This document shows, one piece after another, positions 1 through 12,718 of a stretch of 64,000 bases of DNA; the first letter of the stretch is position 1; the number at the start of each line of letters is the position of its first letter. Source of the DNA: Podarcis cretensis (lineage: Eukaryota). The stretch spans positions 60,512,001 through 60,576,000 of the forward strand of contig OX638151.1 of assembly GCA_951804945.1 (NCBI GenBank), written 5' to 3'. A model generated the notes under the pieces. It searched no databases, was not told the origin of the DNA, and saw only the letters and a list, made by a program, of their open reading frames with translations. Both the position numbers and the translations under genes were made by a program.

Positions 1-75
1 ACAACATTATTCGTCCTACTTTCAGTTATGGTGAAATTTGATGTAATTAATTGTGCAATTCATCTGATCATCATT

Positions 76-245
76 AAGGAGAAGAGGACGACAGAGGACG
101 AGATGGTTGGACAGTGTTCCCGAAGCTACCAGCATGAGTTTGACCAAACTGCAGGAGGCAGTGGGAGACAAGAGTGCCTGGTGTGCTCTGGTCCATGGGG
201 TCACGAAGAGTTGGACATGACTAAACAACTAAACAACAACAACAA
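76..245 (+). mobile_element. RTE/BovB LINE 3' end
   Basis: GAGGACGAGATGGTTGGACAG...TGGTCCATGGGGTCACGAAGAGTTGGACATGACTAAAC followed by a (CAA)n tail. Confidence 0.85.
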
Positions 246-334
246 GTTGTTTCACACCATTCACTTCTATGCAAGGGAAACACAGTGCAAACAGGGATGA
301 GGCAATAACATACAGGTGCCATTTCTGTTGTCTT

Positions 335-495
335 TTAGATACCTACTGAAGACCTTCCTCTTTCAACAAGCCTTTTAAGTAGAAATCTGTCCTAGTCTAT
401 AGCTGCACTGAATTTGCTTTTAGATGATCTAATTGTTTTTTATTTTCAGAGGAAGTGCAGGATATAAATTTAATACACCGATGATGATGATAATG
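335..495 (+). mobile_element. L2-type LINE 3' tail fragment
   Basis: CTACTGAAGACCTTCCTCTTTCAACAAGCC...GGATATAAAT tail. A related copy lies at ~11790-11980. Confidence 0.55.
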
Positions 496-1689
496 TTAAG
501 TACTATCAACAGACTGAAAACAACAAGAATGAATGTCAATCATATTTGCTGGATTGATTTCTGTTCCAGATATAAGCAAACATCGGCAATTTAAGATCTC
601 ATTTCCTGCAAAATTCTCCAACATCCCTAGTCTCATCTAACTCGGCAGTCATCACACTCTCCCAGGAGTTTGTAAGCAGCAACCAGGAAACACAGGCGAT
701 GGATGCAACACAGAAGACAGTATGCCATGAAATTGTGCTCCCTATTTCCAAAAAAACAGGAAGACCAGAGTAATGGGAATAACAATTACTAAAATAATTC
801 CATTTTATTAAATGAATGTGTTGCTCTCTCAGCATACTTGTATTGAATGTGCCAGTCCGACGAAATTAGTATCTCCTGCATATGAAGTAGATTAAATTAA
901 TAGTAGTGTCTAGGACCGAATCTTCTGTTGCTAAATGCACTGCAATCACAGTAATCCAACAGTAATGCTAACCAATTAGTGATTATTTTAACATTAAATA
1001 CCATACATGTTAATTCCTTTGCTGCCATCAGAGTACATGCTACCTGTCACTTTGCAGATGAACATAATCACAAAAGTCCATTGTTTTGATCATACAACCT
1101 AAATTAGATTAGAAAAAGAAATGAAACCGTAGTTTTAATATAAATTTGCATACAGAGAACAGGTAGTGGCCCCATACCCATTGCTCAACCATTATAATTT
1201 GGTATTAATGAAGATAATTCTAAAAATAAACACTCCAGACTAGCTTCTTATAGTAATAAAACTGTAGCAGTTTTTTTTTTTTAAAAAATGAAATGTTAAT
1301 ACAGATTTTAATCCTTCTTTGTAGCATAACCACTAAACTGTAACATATGAATGAAGTTTTAATTTCAGGAGCCCATTAGTGCTGTCAATCACATGAGTCA
1401 TTAATGCAGTTACCTTAAAGAGGCTGCTACCTTGAATTTCTGAACAGGTATTATTCCTTGAGAACAAGAGACATGTCCAGTATTGTTAGCTCAAGGCTCA
1501 GTAATTTGGCCATTATTTCTGAAAATTGGGAAATGTTGCTTTAGGAGTAGGCGGTACTCTAATTGTCAGGTTGGAAGGGACCCAAAAATTCACCTACTTT
1601 CTCCCCCTACTGCAAGCAGAAGCTTAAACCTTCTACCCTAGTCCTTCAGATTAGCAGAGACAACCAAGACCGCAGTGCTTTGAGGCAGA

Positions 1690-3560
1690 ATGCAGGTAGA
1701 ACATTCTACAAAGGGCTTGCAGAGCAAGCAACGACAGGTTATCTTTGCAAATGAAGAAATCAATATTGACTTCATTTCAGTATTTACAAAGAAAGGAAGC
1801 AGGGATGAGACATCAATCAGCACTGACATAACCAAGGCAAGAAAAGGGACCAAGGGTGACAAAGAAGAATTCCAGAAAACAATTGAACAATTTGAACAAA
1901 TTTAAGTCAATGGAGCTCCAATAACATTTTCCTAAGGATTGGTAATGAGTTCACTTGGCAAATCTCAAAACTATTACACCGCCTTATGTGCAACCAGGTC
2001 CATCAGTCAACTTTGTGGGTTTTTTTTTAAAAAAAGCTTTGTCTGGAGATCAGTCAACCAATCTGCACCCTCAATATATTGTCCAAAAGCTGCCACATGG
2101 AGAAGGATTAATTCCTCATGGGCTGCCCAGAGAAATCAAAATTCAGCTTCTAAGGCCTGAAATTGCACTCAGCTACCTGGTTCAAGGCAAACTACCTACC
2201 TGTCTCTTCTGCAAACATACACATCAGGGAGTTGACAAGCTAAGCCAGTGGCAGCCATTGGGCCCATGAAACTCCTACTGATACAGCTTCATGCTGCAAT
2301 GACATCAACGTAAAATATAAATGTAAATAAACAGTGTGGTGTAGAGAGCCATTGTGGTGTAGTGCCAGTGTGGTGGTGAAAGCTTTTCACTAAGACCTGG
2401 AAGAACAGGGTTCTAGTCACCTGCTCAGCCACAAAGCTCACTAACTAACTTTGGGCTTGTCTCTCAGCCTAACCTACCTCACAGAATTGTGAGGGTGCAG
2501 TGGGAAGAGGGAAAATTACATACATTTTAAAGATGTAATAAATATGAATACAAAATAATAACAGAGAAGAGAGAGGTAGATATGGGGAGGGAACAAAATA
2601 AATATGAGGGGACCATTAAGGGGGTGCTTAGATAACAGGCTGTCATGCTGACAAGCCTATTCTTTTTGAAAATTAATGGAAAACTGATCAGGTTCCAGAA
2701 AACAGAATAAAAGCAAATATATAGTGCCTATTTTTTACACGAGGACCACAGGGAATTATCGGACAAGTTCATCTGATTACTTTACCTCAAAGATAGTGCA
2801 GCAAATGATAAAGCCACTTATTTGCCAGCATCTAGACAAAAAAGGCATGATTACTAGCAATCAACATGGCTTTGTTGAGAGCAGCTTAGTTTTCTTTTTT
2901 TGATTAAAAAAATGGTTTAGGAGGCCAAGGGAAGGCAGTTGGAGTGCTTCCGTTTCAGCAGGACTTTTCACCTACTCCCACATGGCTTCTCCTAAACTAT
3001 ACCAATGGCTAAAATTTAAACACTTTAGTCTTAATATACACACATCACTAGAAAATAACGTAAGTTCAGTTGGATCTGTGGGACCTATGTCCAAAGGGGG
3101 GGTGGGATGAGATAGTCGGTGCAGATTGGAAAGAAGCAATCAGTGTTTGACATAATAATGAATCGGATGCTAGTTAAATACAAAAATGATCATCATAGTT
3201 GTTATTTATCAAACTCATTGATTTCTAATGCAAGTTGTCCGTAAATGATTTGCAATATAAAGCATATCACATAATGCAGAAACATATAGAAATTAAACAT
3301 TTTGAAGCACAAAAAAGATTCCATTCCCGTGACCACATCAGTAAAATATGTAACAAGTTACAACTACTCTAGTGATCACCACATAATTCATGCATAAAAA
3401 TGGAGCCCTCCCAAGAAGCAACCCTCCATCACTCAAATGCCTGGCAGTACAGAAACGTTTTCTCCTGGCTGTTCTTCAGCTGGAGTTGGCATTGGACCAA
3501 AATGAAGGTTAATGTGTACAAAGGTAAAGTGTTGACATATAAGAGTGAAACAACCTATGC
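1690..3560 (+). mobile_element. Scattered, highly decayed CR1 LINE ORF2 remnants interrupted by SINEs
   Basis: Co-linear fragments: FISVFTK (~1780), GGGAATTATCGG...CAATCAACATGGCTTTG (~2750-2880, NYRP/QHGF-like) and CAAAATGAAGGTTAATGTG...AAAGT (~3500). Boundaries are loose. Confidence 0.45.
2335..2540 (+). mobile_element. Old tRNA/CORE-type SINE (MIR/Squam2-like)
   Basis: GTGGTGTAGTG A box and CTCTCAGCCTAACCTACCTCACAG core. Similar copies at ~18470-18650 and ~54530-54700. Confidence 0.6.
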
Positions 3561-3574
3561 ATGAGAACATTTGA

Positions 3575-3765
3575 ACAAAGGAAGCTGCCTTGGACTGAGT
3601 CAGACCATTGTCTATCTAGCGAAGTACTATGGACACTGACCAGCAGCAGGTCCCCAGGGTTTCAGGCAGAGGTCTTTTCCAGCCCTACCTCGAGATGTCA
3701 GGGACTGAACCTTGAGATCTCCTGCATACAAAGCAGATGCTCTACCATTGAGCTATGGCCTTTCC
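3575..3765 (-). mobile_element. tRNA-derived SINE (Squam3-like)
   Basis: Reverse complement reads GCCATAGCTCAATGGTAGAGCATCTGCTTT...GGTAGGGCTGGAAAAGAC...TGGTCTGACTCAGT. Other copies at ~10115-10530, 15130-15255, 27340-27575, 39305-39490 and 48840-49100. Confidence 0.75.
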
Positions 3766-4689
3766 CCTTTCTCATTCAGATTGTCCACCCCATTACCCAA
3801 ACACAATCCAATCAGAATGGCAGTCAAAACTCAGTCGATGGGACAATGTCCTCCACTACAACAAGCGAGTTTAAGGGTTACAAGGGAAGCCATGTTTCAC
3901 CCACAGTTCCACTCTCCAACATTTCACCACCACTTGCTTGTTGCTCTGCCTGGCACCTATTCGCTCAAACAAATGCAGTATTACAGCAGTGATGACATCA
4001 GCATGTGTCACATGAGCAGAGCAATGCAGGTCACATGCAAAGCCTGCTGGAGTGTGTGGCGAGTGTCTGCCTGCTCACTTTATCCAACGCTTTTTCCGAA
4101 TGGCATTGTCAGTCATGTGTTGAGAGAAGACACCCAACCAGCCCAGGATAACCTAACTCTTAATTACCGGTATATCCCAGTCAGCCAAGCAGGGGCAGGT
4201 GGAGTTTTAACCTTCACCCATTCCCTCTCACAGAATCCTGATGAAAATTGCCCACCTTCTGCTGTTAAGCTCAGGAAAAAATCATTAAAGAGACTTAGAC
4301 AAACATTTTCTTAGCCATGGAATATATGCAGTGCCTTTTAGCTAGACTAAATGTGCCCTCAGTTGATTGTAGCACTCTAAACTCTGTGAAAGATGAATAT
4401 CTGTTTTTTCTTAGTTTTAAATTTATTGGTTAATTATGTTAGCAATGAAAAAAATTCTGTGCAAATTTCAGCTTCGGTCTAGGGCAAGCCATTAGTATGA
4501 GCTAATACTTTTTTCTGTTCACTAAGGACAAATATTTCAATATAAGGGCATTTAATTTTAAAGACAACTAGCTCATCTGTTTAGCACAGTATTTTTAACC
4601 CTTTATTACTTGCATGAGCTGAAATAGCTGTAGTTTTAAACTATACCTTTGTTGCTGCTGAGCCAGAAAATGCCGGGGCTAAAGTCTGT

Positions 4690-4778
4690 TTGCAATTCTA
4701 TACACATCTACTCAGAAGTAAATACCACTAAGTTCAGTGGGGCCTACTCTCAGGTAAGTGGAGCTAGGACTGCAACCT
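4690..4778. mobile_element. ~90-bp palindromic MITE-like repeat
   Basis: TTGCAATTCTA...CTACTCAGAAGTAA...TACTCTCAGGTAAGT...TAGGACTGCAA fold-back. Many related copies in the window. Confidence 0.6.
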
Positions 4779-6532
4779 GAAGCTCAGCCTGCAGCTCAAC
4801 AAAAATTTATGTGTCATTCAGTAAGACTCTTTTGTCAAACAGGACAGAAATCTAAAGTGTTTCTCTGGTTTTTGCCAAGACATGAACACTAATTGCATCT
4901 CAGCACAGTCAGAGCTGTGCAAAAGCTTCCAGATGTGTAATCACTGTGCCAATCTGCAGGGCACAGCTCTGGGAAGTTCCTCAGTCTTATTAGGGGAGAA
5001 TGAAGTATATAAAAAATTAAAGCCAAGCTAAAATGCCCCATTCTATTTCTGTATGTTTTCAGGGGAAATTTAGGGGCAATCTCATCCTGATGATATAAGA
5101 GTTCCTCTCAGTGGCTCGCAGCCTTCATCTTTCTCCTCAGAATAGGCCAAACATAGCATTCATTCCAGAGCATTCTGGAGGGAAATGACACCACCACCTT
5201 AACACACACACAAAATAGCAGCTGCCAGTGAGGCCTTCCCTTTCCTCCCAGAATACTGTGGAATAACATTTTATCCAGGGCAGTATGAGAACCCCCCCCA
5301 AAAAAAAAGTTTTTGACACCCTACTCCCAAAATTCTTAAGGCTGCAGTGGTCATGTGAGTTTCACCGTAGCATTTCTCCTTGGTTGCACACCAAGGCAAT
5401 GTGAGATGCTCCAGGCCACAGGGGAGAAGCCTGTACTGTAGTTGGTTTCCTCACACCAGCATCTGTCCTCTGAAAAGCAGGTCAGGGCTGGCATGTGGAG
5501 GAGCTCAATTGCAGGCTCCTCTCACACAGCCTGGGACTTCCTACTATAGAGCAGGAAGAACTGGCCTTATAGGTTTTTGTACCACAATTTTTGTACCATA
5601 AGAACCCACTCATCCATTTCATCAGCACTTCAGCATTAATGTGGCTTGTTTATTTTTATTAATTTGAGGCAGGCTCAGGGTGTTTGGTCTCACTTAAAAC
5701 TTGAATGTTGTTTATACAGGCCAACATATTCATTCCATCAAAAGCCCTATCAAAGTATTTGTCTGAAAACCTGCCAGAAGATCTACTGTGCCAAAGATAT
5801 ATGAGTCCAAAAAGGAAAAATAAAGTTCCAAATTCCAACATGGCACTGTAGAAGTTAGCATTCCTGTCAAGCCCCTGGCATGAAATAACATAATGCCTTG
5901 TGACAAGATGCAAGAAAACACACAGTGAATAGATAATGAATCTTTCAGACACAGAATATTCTCAGGCCAAATATCGTCTGCCTCTGTAACCAGTCCAAAC
6001 ACAAGACAATTAACCAAACTGAAATGAATATTAACACGCGTGCAGGATGCAAATACTGGCAGCTTTTCAAGTGGATAATTATGTTGCATTTAGCATAAGA
6101 TGTAAACAAAGGAAGTAAGAGTAATTATGCAGAATATATGCATGTGTGTTGTGTATGATATGTGTTTGGCCTTTTTGTGACAGTATCCACTGTTGCTGCC
6201 CATGGCAGCCATTGACATTGGCATTTCTATCAATATACAAGTACCAGCATGTTTCATATATACTGCTTTTTTGAGAAGAAAATAATGTAGCATAAAAGGG
6301 ACTTCAATTTCCAGCTTCACTGTTGTCTCTCTTACATCCCCACAACAGACTGTAAAGGTGTAGAGAGAGCTGTCTCAATTTTACCAGAATTCAGCAAATC
6401 CACATTGCATTGTGTGCACACCGAGGGATTCATTCCCACAAAAGGCCAGTGTTATTTCTGTAAAGAAAACCTTTACTCATATAGCAAAGTATCTCTCAAT
6501 ACAAGTACTATTATAGTCATGTTTACCTTTTA

Positions 6533-6662
6533 TAGGAAGGGTGTGGCCCTCCAGGTGTTGTTGGAATTCAACTCCCATCAGCCCCAGTCAACATGGCAAA
6601 CAGGGATGATGAGAGTTGTAGTCCAGCAACATCTTGGTGGCCACAGGCTCCCTGTCCTTGAG
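6533..6662. mobile_element. Palindromic non-autonomous DNA transposon (hAT-like MITE)
   Basis: CAACTCCCATCAGCCCC...GGGATGATGAGAGTTGTAGTCCAGCAACATC fold-back. Related copies at ~8218-8343, 39495-39605, 40167-40302, 47934-48071 and 48970-49040. Confidence 0.65.
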
Positions 6663-8343
6663 GGAAACTGAAAAAGACCACAAAGCCTACTCTTTTTACA
6701 CTGGGACTGTCCTGTCCGCACCCAGAGCTATACTGCCAGCTATCCTGATGGAAGGATCCTGATGACTTTGGATATGTTGTTTTTGTTGTTAAAGTGTATT
6801 TTAATGTTACCTGTATGCTGCCTTGGAAGGATTTGGATCCTAAAAGATGGAGTAGAAATAATTGTGGTGGTAGCCACCACAGCAAATAACAACAGCAACA
6901 AGAGCAACAACTTTCTATGTTAAAAATGTGCCCTTCCAAAGCATTTCTTATCTCAGTTTATCTGTTCTTAGTCACTGCCAGAACAACTCTTCTGTCCATT
7001 AGGTACCCCTCCGAAGGTTGCCTCAGCAATTCTCAACATATGCAGAATGAAATCTGTAATAAATATGCACAGATAAGTATTTGCAATGGTTATAGTGCAA
7101 TCTCCAGCAATCCTTGCCTGGTGAGCAGTTTCTCAGAATGGTCCCAAGGCCCCGAAACTGCCACCACACAGAAGCAGCTTCTGCTTCCTGTGGTGTTGGC
7201 CTTCAAATGGCACAAAGAGTCACATGCAGATCATCAGATGGATCAGAGGGTTTGCAGTGACATAGTTTGGCAGGAGGAGTACCCCCACATCACACTGCAA
7301 ACATCAATGGTTCACTGTGTACAGACTGGCACCAGGAGCAGCAATTTAAAGTAGTTTCTACAAAGTAGCTATTTTGTTGGCCTTTGACGCATAGGCCTTT
7401 CTACTAGAACTGACTCTCTGGGTGGAGGCAGGCCGGGTAAGCTGGTGGAGACTTGTGGACTTTACTGGGCTTTATATTATATGTCTAATTGGATTTAAAT
7501 TACATTTTAATTAAAAATCATTGCTCATCTTCAAGCCTTCGGGAGAGAGCATAAATTCAAATACAAGAAGAAATGTAGAGCCTATTTTACAGACAGTTGG
7601 CATTTTAGTTTCACACAGCTTGGTTTAATGGAAAAGGTATACTGAATTACACCAAAAACCTGGTTCTGGAGCTCACTTTACCATTCTGCCTTAGAACCAT
7701 GTAAGAGACAATTAATGCCTTCCTTAAAGGTTGTAGAGTAACATTTATGGCAATAAAGGTGACTACTTGGTGTTCAATAATAAGTAATTACAAATGGCTT
7801 CCAAGTGGAACCCAAATTCCTTCTACTCTAGCATTCTACACAGCAGCCAGTCAAATCCCTCTAAAAGATCACAAGGAGTGGAGGGAACATAGAGGTTCCA
7901 TTCAGTCTAATAGCTCTATCATCACTAAATTTGACTGCATCTGTTTTTAAAGCCAAACAAGCAAGCCCAATGATACTTTATTAGTTATGCATTGGGACAC
8001 CAATCCACTAGGGCCAACAGTCAGTCAAGAGCAAACACATCATGTCTTGCTTTTGATTAATTATGAGGGGTGGAGAGGTGAACTGGCATCCTTCTGCCAG
8101 GTGAAATCAAGAAACATGAAGCAGAGAGTTCTAAGAGGAGTTTAAGACTTCCTTGGCAACAGTTCCTGACTCTCACATTCCCTGACCCTCATCACCTGGC
8201 CCACATGATACCAAAAGTCAGATTTCCCCAAGCTGGTGCCCTGCTGCTGATTTGGATTACAGCTCCCATCACCCCTGGCTGTTGGTCATGCTAGCTGGGG
8301 TTGATGGGAATTGTAGTCCAACAGCATCTGGAGGGCACCAAGG

Positions 8344-8505
8344 TGGTGGTGTTGCTGTTTAGTCATCTTAGTCGTGTTCGAGTCTCCGTGACCCCATGGA
8401 CCAGAGCATGCCTTGGAAACTCACACTTTTTTCTCAAAGCTTCTCCTTTTTTGTGTCCATGGAGTTTTCTTGGCAAAATACTGGAGTGGATTTCCAGTTC
8501 CTGGT
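8344..8505 (-). mobile_element. Short BovB-derived element (Bov-A-like architecture)
   Basis: BovB 3' tail (GTGACCCCATGGACCAGAGC) lies close to TGTCCATGGAGTTTTCTTGGCAAAATACTGGAGTGG. Confidence 0.6.
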
Positions 8506-10289
8506 TCAATCAAAGTCAAATTTCCATACCCTCTTTTTCTTCCTCCCTTTCATCATACTGGCTAAGGCTCATCATAATGTGTTCCCTGAAGCATAGTGAG
8601 CATACTCAGCCCTCATTGACTGATTTGGTTCCTCCCCTTACCTTAAAGAACTTAAAAGAACTAATTTTTTTGGCATACTTTTCTAAGTATTTGGAAACCA
8701 CCACATTGTCTTTGAGTGGCTCTGTTTCACTGTCCATTTAACAGGCACATGACTACCAAGTGCTACATTAGAAAGAATGACAGAAGGACAACTCCATGCA
8801 ATATATAACACATTTCCAGAATTACTCACACCTGACCTGATTGCTCAGTAAACTGGCTGATCTGGCATGCTGTCATGTCTATGTTTAGTCTGATTTTCCA
8901 TTCTGAACAACATTTGTTTCTCCTGGACAGGAAAATGTTCTGCATATACTAAGAAATGCTGGAACAACTCTGTTTATGGGTTTCTCTGCAAGCTCTCTTG
9001 CATTCATAACATACAGTTCAGAAAGTGCAGGATAGCTCATGCTTCTTGGCTGAGTTCCCAGTCTGCTGTACGGATGGGATAGAATCAGGCACACTCTTCA
9101 GATAAAATTAAATGTCTTTGAAATTCAGGGTCTATGTAGAAGCTGGATTGGTTCTTTGAAAAATAGCCTCAAACAGCTGATTACAGTAGCCTATTAATCT
9201 TTAAAGGGCTGCAAACTTCTGTATATTTACTTGGGAGTAAGTCCTGTTGAATTCAGTGGGAAGACTTCTGAGTAGACATGCATAGGATTGCATGGTAAAT
9301 GTGAAAAAAATGCACCACCAGGGAATGTTTTATGTCTGATATATTAGAAGCAAAGAACTCAACCTTACCAATATTTACATAAAGGCTAGTAAGGAACAAA
9401 ATGGCTTGCATTAAATGAAATTCCACCTCAAGCTCAAACTGAAACAAGCTTGTAAAGCAGGGGTAGCTAACATTTTTGGGGTTGAGGGCCACGTTGACTC
9501 ATGATTATTCCTCCAGAGATGATGTATAATAGTGGATGTGTCTGAAGTGTAAAAGTAGGCATGACCAAAGTGAGAAAGTGGGTGTCACCAAAGTATAAAA
9601 AAGTAGGGATAGCCAGATTACAAGGGCCAATTTTTTTTGGGGGGGGGTAGCTTTGGGAGTGGCTGGGGGAACCCAGCCACATGGGTGGGGTATAAATAAT
9701 AAATTATTATTATAAATTATTATTGGGGAAAACAAAAAAATAGCATCACAGTTCACTATTTTCAAATACTTGTTGAAAACTTTTTCTGATTTTCACGTGT
9801 AGTACTATTTTATATTATATTGTGTACCATGCTTAGAGGTGCTTCAACTAAATGGTTTAACATTTTTCTAAAACAATTTTATTTATTTTTAAATGGACAA
9901 ATTTGGAGGCGCCTTTGTAATGTAAAGTGTGCGAGTCTTGAGGCGACTCGCTTTTCTTGTCACAGTGCAGTGGCTTTATTAATACATCAGGGATACTCTC
10001 AAGCTGGGTGGGTAAGAGGAAGTCACATGTGTTTGCACCCAGGTGCTTGGGAGACGGGTCATCTGCATAGCCACAATGGAGAGTTGTTGTAGCACCTTGG
10101 AGAGGGGTGCTAACAGGGGAAGGTCTGCGGCTCAGCTGTAGAGTGTTTGTTTTGCACACAAAACACCCCAGGTCAACTCTTTGCATCTCCAGGAAGGGCT
10201 GGGAAAATCCCCTGTCTGAAATCATGGAGAGCTGCACCCAGTCAGGTAGGGCAGTACTGAGCTAGACTGACCATTAGCCTGACTGAATA

Positions 10290-10514
10290 CAGTGGTACCT
10301 TGGGTTACATACGCTTCAGGTTACAGACTCCGCTAACCCAGAAATAGTACCTCGGGTTAAGAACTTTGCTTCAGGATGAGAACAGAAATCATGCAGCTGT
10401 GGCGTGGCAGCAGCAGAAGCTCTACTGGCTAAAGTGGTGCTTCAGGTTAAGAACAGTTTCAGGTTAAGAACGGACCTCCAGAACGAATTAAGTACTTAAC
10501 CCAAGGTACCACTG
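10290..10514. mobile_element. Tc1/mariner (Tigger/pogo-like) MITE
   Basis: Perfect 18-bp TIRs CAGTGGTACCTTGGGTTA / TAACCCAAGGTACCACTG and a TA target duplication. Inserted into the tail of a Squam3-like SINE. Confidence 0.9.
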
Positions 10515-11234
10515 TATAAGGTAACTAGCTACCTACATTGTGATAAAATATTTCATCAGTGGCAATCTAAGTTGATTTTTGTTTTCCTCAGAGTGGTTTT
10601 TTTATTATTATTATCTCTGTCTTAAAATAGGAACTTAGCTGAGAAGTCAATAGTGGGATCTGATATTTTGTTCACTGGTTAGTTATGGGTTTTTTGTGGG
10701 GGTTTTTAAAAACTTTTCTAGAAGGATCTCTCTCAAAAGCAGATCTTTTCCTCACTGTGTTCATAAAAAAAGATCAAACTGCAATGAAAATATTAGTGGA
10801 GCCACATTTGGGGTGTCTTTTTTTCTCTTTGGCAAGGATAAACCTTTCTGTTTAGCACAAGGCAGAGGCTTGGCTCCTTATTAGGGGTAGACTGAGGCTT
10901 CTCACCCTGGCTTAGGAAAGAAACAATTACTGCAGGAGGGCAGAGAGTGGTTTCCATGCCTCATTCCACTGGGGTAAAAAGAAAAGAAAAGTTAAAGACG
11001 TTTTTAAAATTTTTAGCCTGGTTTGCAGACTGGGGGTAAACATGACATGAACACAGACATGGTATGCAAGACCCTATACAGCTTTGGATCATGATATCTA
11101 ATATACCCTACGAATCACCACACTTGGCATGAGACCCCCTCCTGAAGATAACATCTCATCAGGAAGTTTTTTCTCTACAAGGCAGCAATCGAGCACTTAA
11201 TGTGGTTGGCAACTATCCCTTGGAACTTGCTTTT

Positions 11235-11598
11235 AAAGGTAAAGGTAAAGGTACCCCTGCCCGTACGGGCCAGTCTTGACAGACTCTGGGGTTGTGCGCC
11301 CATCTCACTTAAGAGGCCAGGGGCCAGCGCTGTCCGGAGACACTTCCGGGTCACGTGGCCAGCGTGACATCGCTGCTCTGGCGAGCCAGAGCCGCACACG
11401 GAAACGCCGTTTACCTTCCCGCTGGTAAGCGGTCCCTATTTATCTACTTGCACCCGGAGGTGCTTTCGAACTGCTAGGTTGGCAGGCGCTGGGACCGAGC
11501 AGCGGGAGCGCACCCCGCCGCAGGGATTCGAACCGCCGACCTTTCGATCGGCAAGCCCTAGGCGCTGAGGCTTTAACCCACAGCGCCACCTGCGTCCC
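11235..11598 (-). mobile_element. Sauria SINE, full length and young
   Basis: GGGACGCAGGTGGCGCTGTGGGTTAAAG head, GGTTCGAATCC B box, (ACCTTT)n tail, retained CpGs. TSD ACTTGCTTTT at 11225-11234 and 11606-11615. Confidence 0.92.
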
Positions 11599-12004
11599 TT
11601 TTGTTACTTGCTTTTGTTACGTAGCAAACAGGCACAGTCTCTATTTTCATCCCAGTGCTTATGATGGCAATTTTATGTTTTTACCTGTGTTTTTTATTAT
11701 CTTAAACATCATAATACTTGACTGATGTTGTATTGTGTGTTTTGTAAATAGCTTTGTAATCATCAATGCTGAAAAGTGTTTTATAAATATTGAAGGCCTA
11801 CCTTTTCCAATAAGTTTTTTAAGTGGAGATTTGTATCCCAGTCTGCAACTGCACTGAGTTTGAAATTGTTTTATCTATGAAATTGTTTCATATATGTTTG
11901 TATTGTTGGCATTTTTATTGTTAGACTGCTTTCAGGTGTTTTGTAGGAAGCGATTCATAAATGGAATGAAATAGATAAATCTACAAGTAGCACTAAGGAA
12001 CTCG

Positions 12005-12220
12005 TTCCATCAGTCCAAGCATTTCTGCTTCCAGATGAAACAAAATCCTCTCTCATCCCCTTGTCCCCTGTGCTAAGGATTCTCCTGACCCTCTAGAGCA
12101 GATTTGGGCAGGGCACAAAGGGTCGTGGAAGGAGGAGAGGGTGGGGAAAGCCCCACTGCACTAAAGGGAGCCCTTGCACTGGCTTCGACAAGCAGGCCAG
12201 GTAACTGAATCCAGCCCTAT
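12005..12220. mobile_element. Old fold-back DNA element, same family as 15912-16137
   Basis: Both copies share CCATCAGT.CAAGCATTTCTGCTT.CCAGAT, TTCTCCTGACCCTCTAGA and a TGAATC..GCCC end. Confidence 0.55.
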
Positions 12221-12718
12221 ATTTTTCAGTGTTCAGTGTACCCTTTGTTTCATGTACATACAACCCTGATTTTTCAGGGTCCCTCATCACATGGAAAGAA
12301 CCTCCCATACTGAGCTGCAAATAGCACACACAATTCCATTCCTTTGCACACTCAGTGCAACGTGAGGAAAAGTGCATCCAAGGTTATGGTTATTAAAACA
12401 GCCCTGGGATATCAGATATGTTTCATTTTTCAAGTGTGCTATTACCTCAGAGATTTGAATTTTGTTTTAGAAAGTAAACAGGCCAATGGAGAGGAGGCTC
12501 CCCTCCCCCCCGGTTGATTACACAAGACCTTCTCTGACAATGCCTGTCAGAGAGAAGCTGACTGAATCAGCTCTCAAGATGTATAACATTTGTTGGCAAA
12601 ACATTAACTATAGAAGAGCCAATAAATTGTCTGGTTAAGTTCTGCAGCATAAAAGTACCAGTAATTAGGGCTGTGATTCTAAACACATTGACTTGGAAGT
12701 AAGTACTATTTGTATTGA

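Noticed and set aside
3561-4314. 143-aa and 200-aa ORFs
   Set aside because: They start within an antisense SINE and show no protein family signature or exon structure.
11500-11598. tRNA genes (A/B boxes here and at ~24130, 27345 and 42395)
   Set aside because: All continue into SINE bodies and tails, and I could not build a complete cloverleaf.
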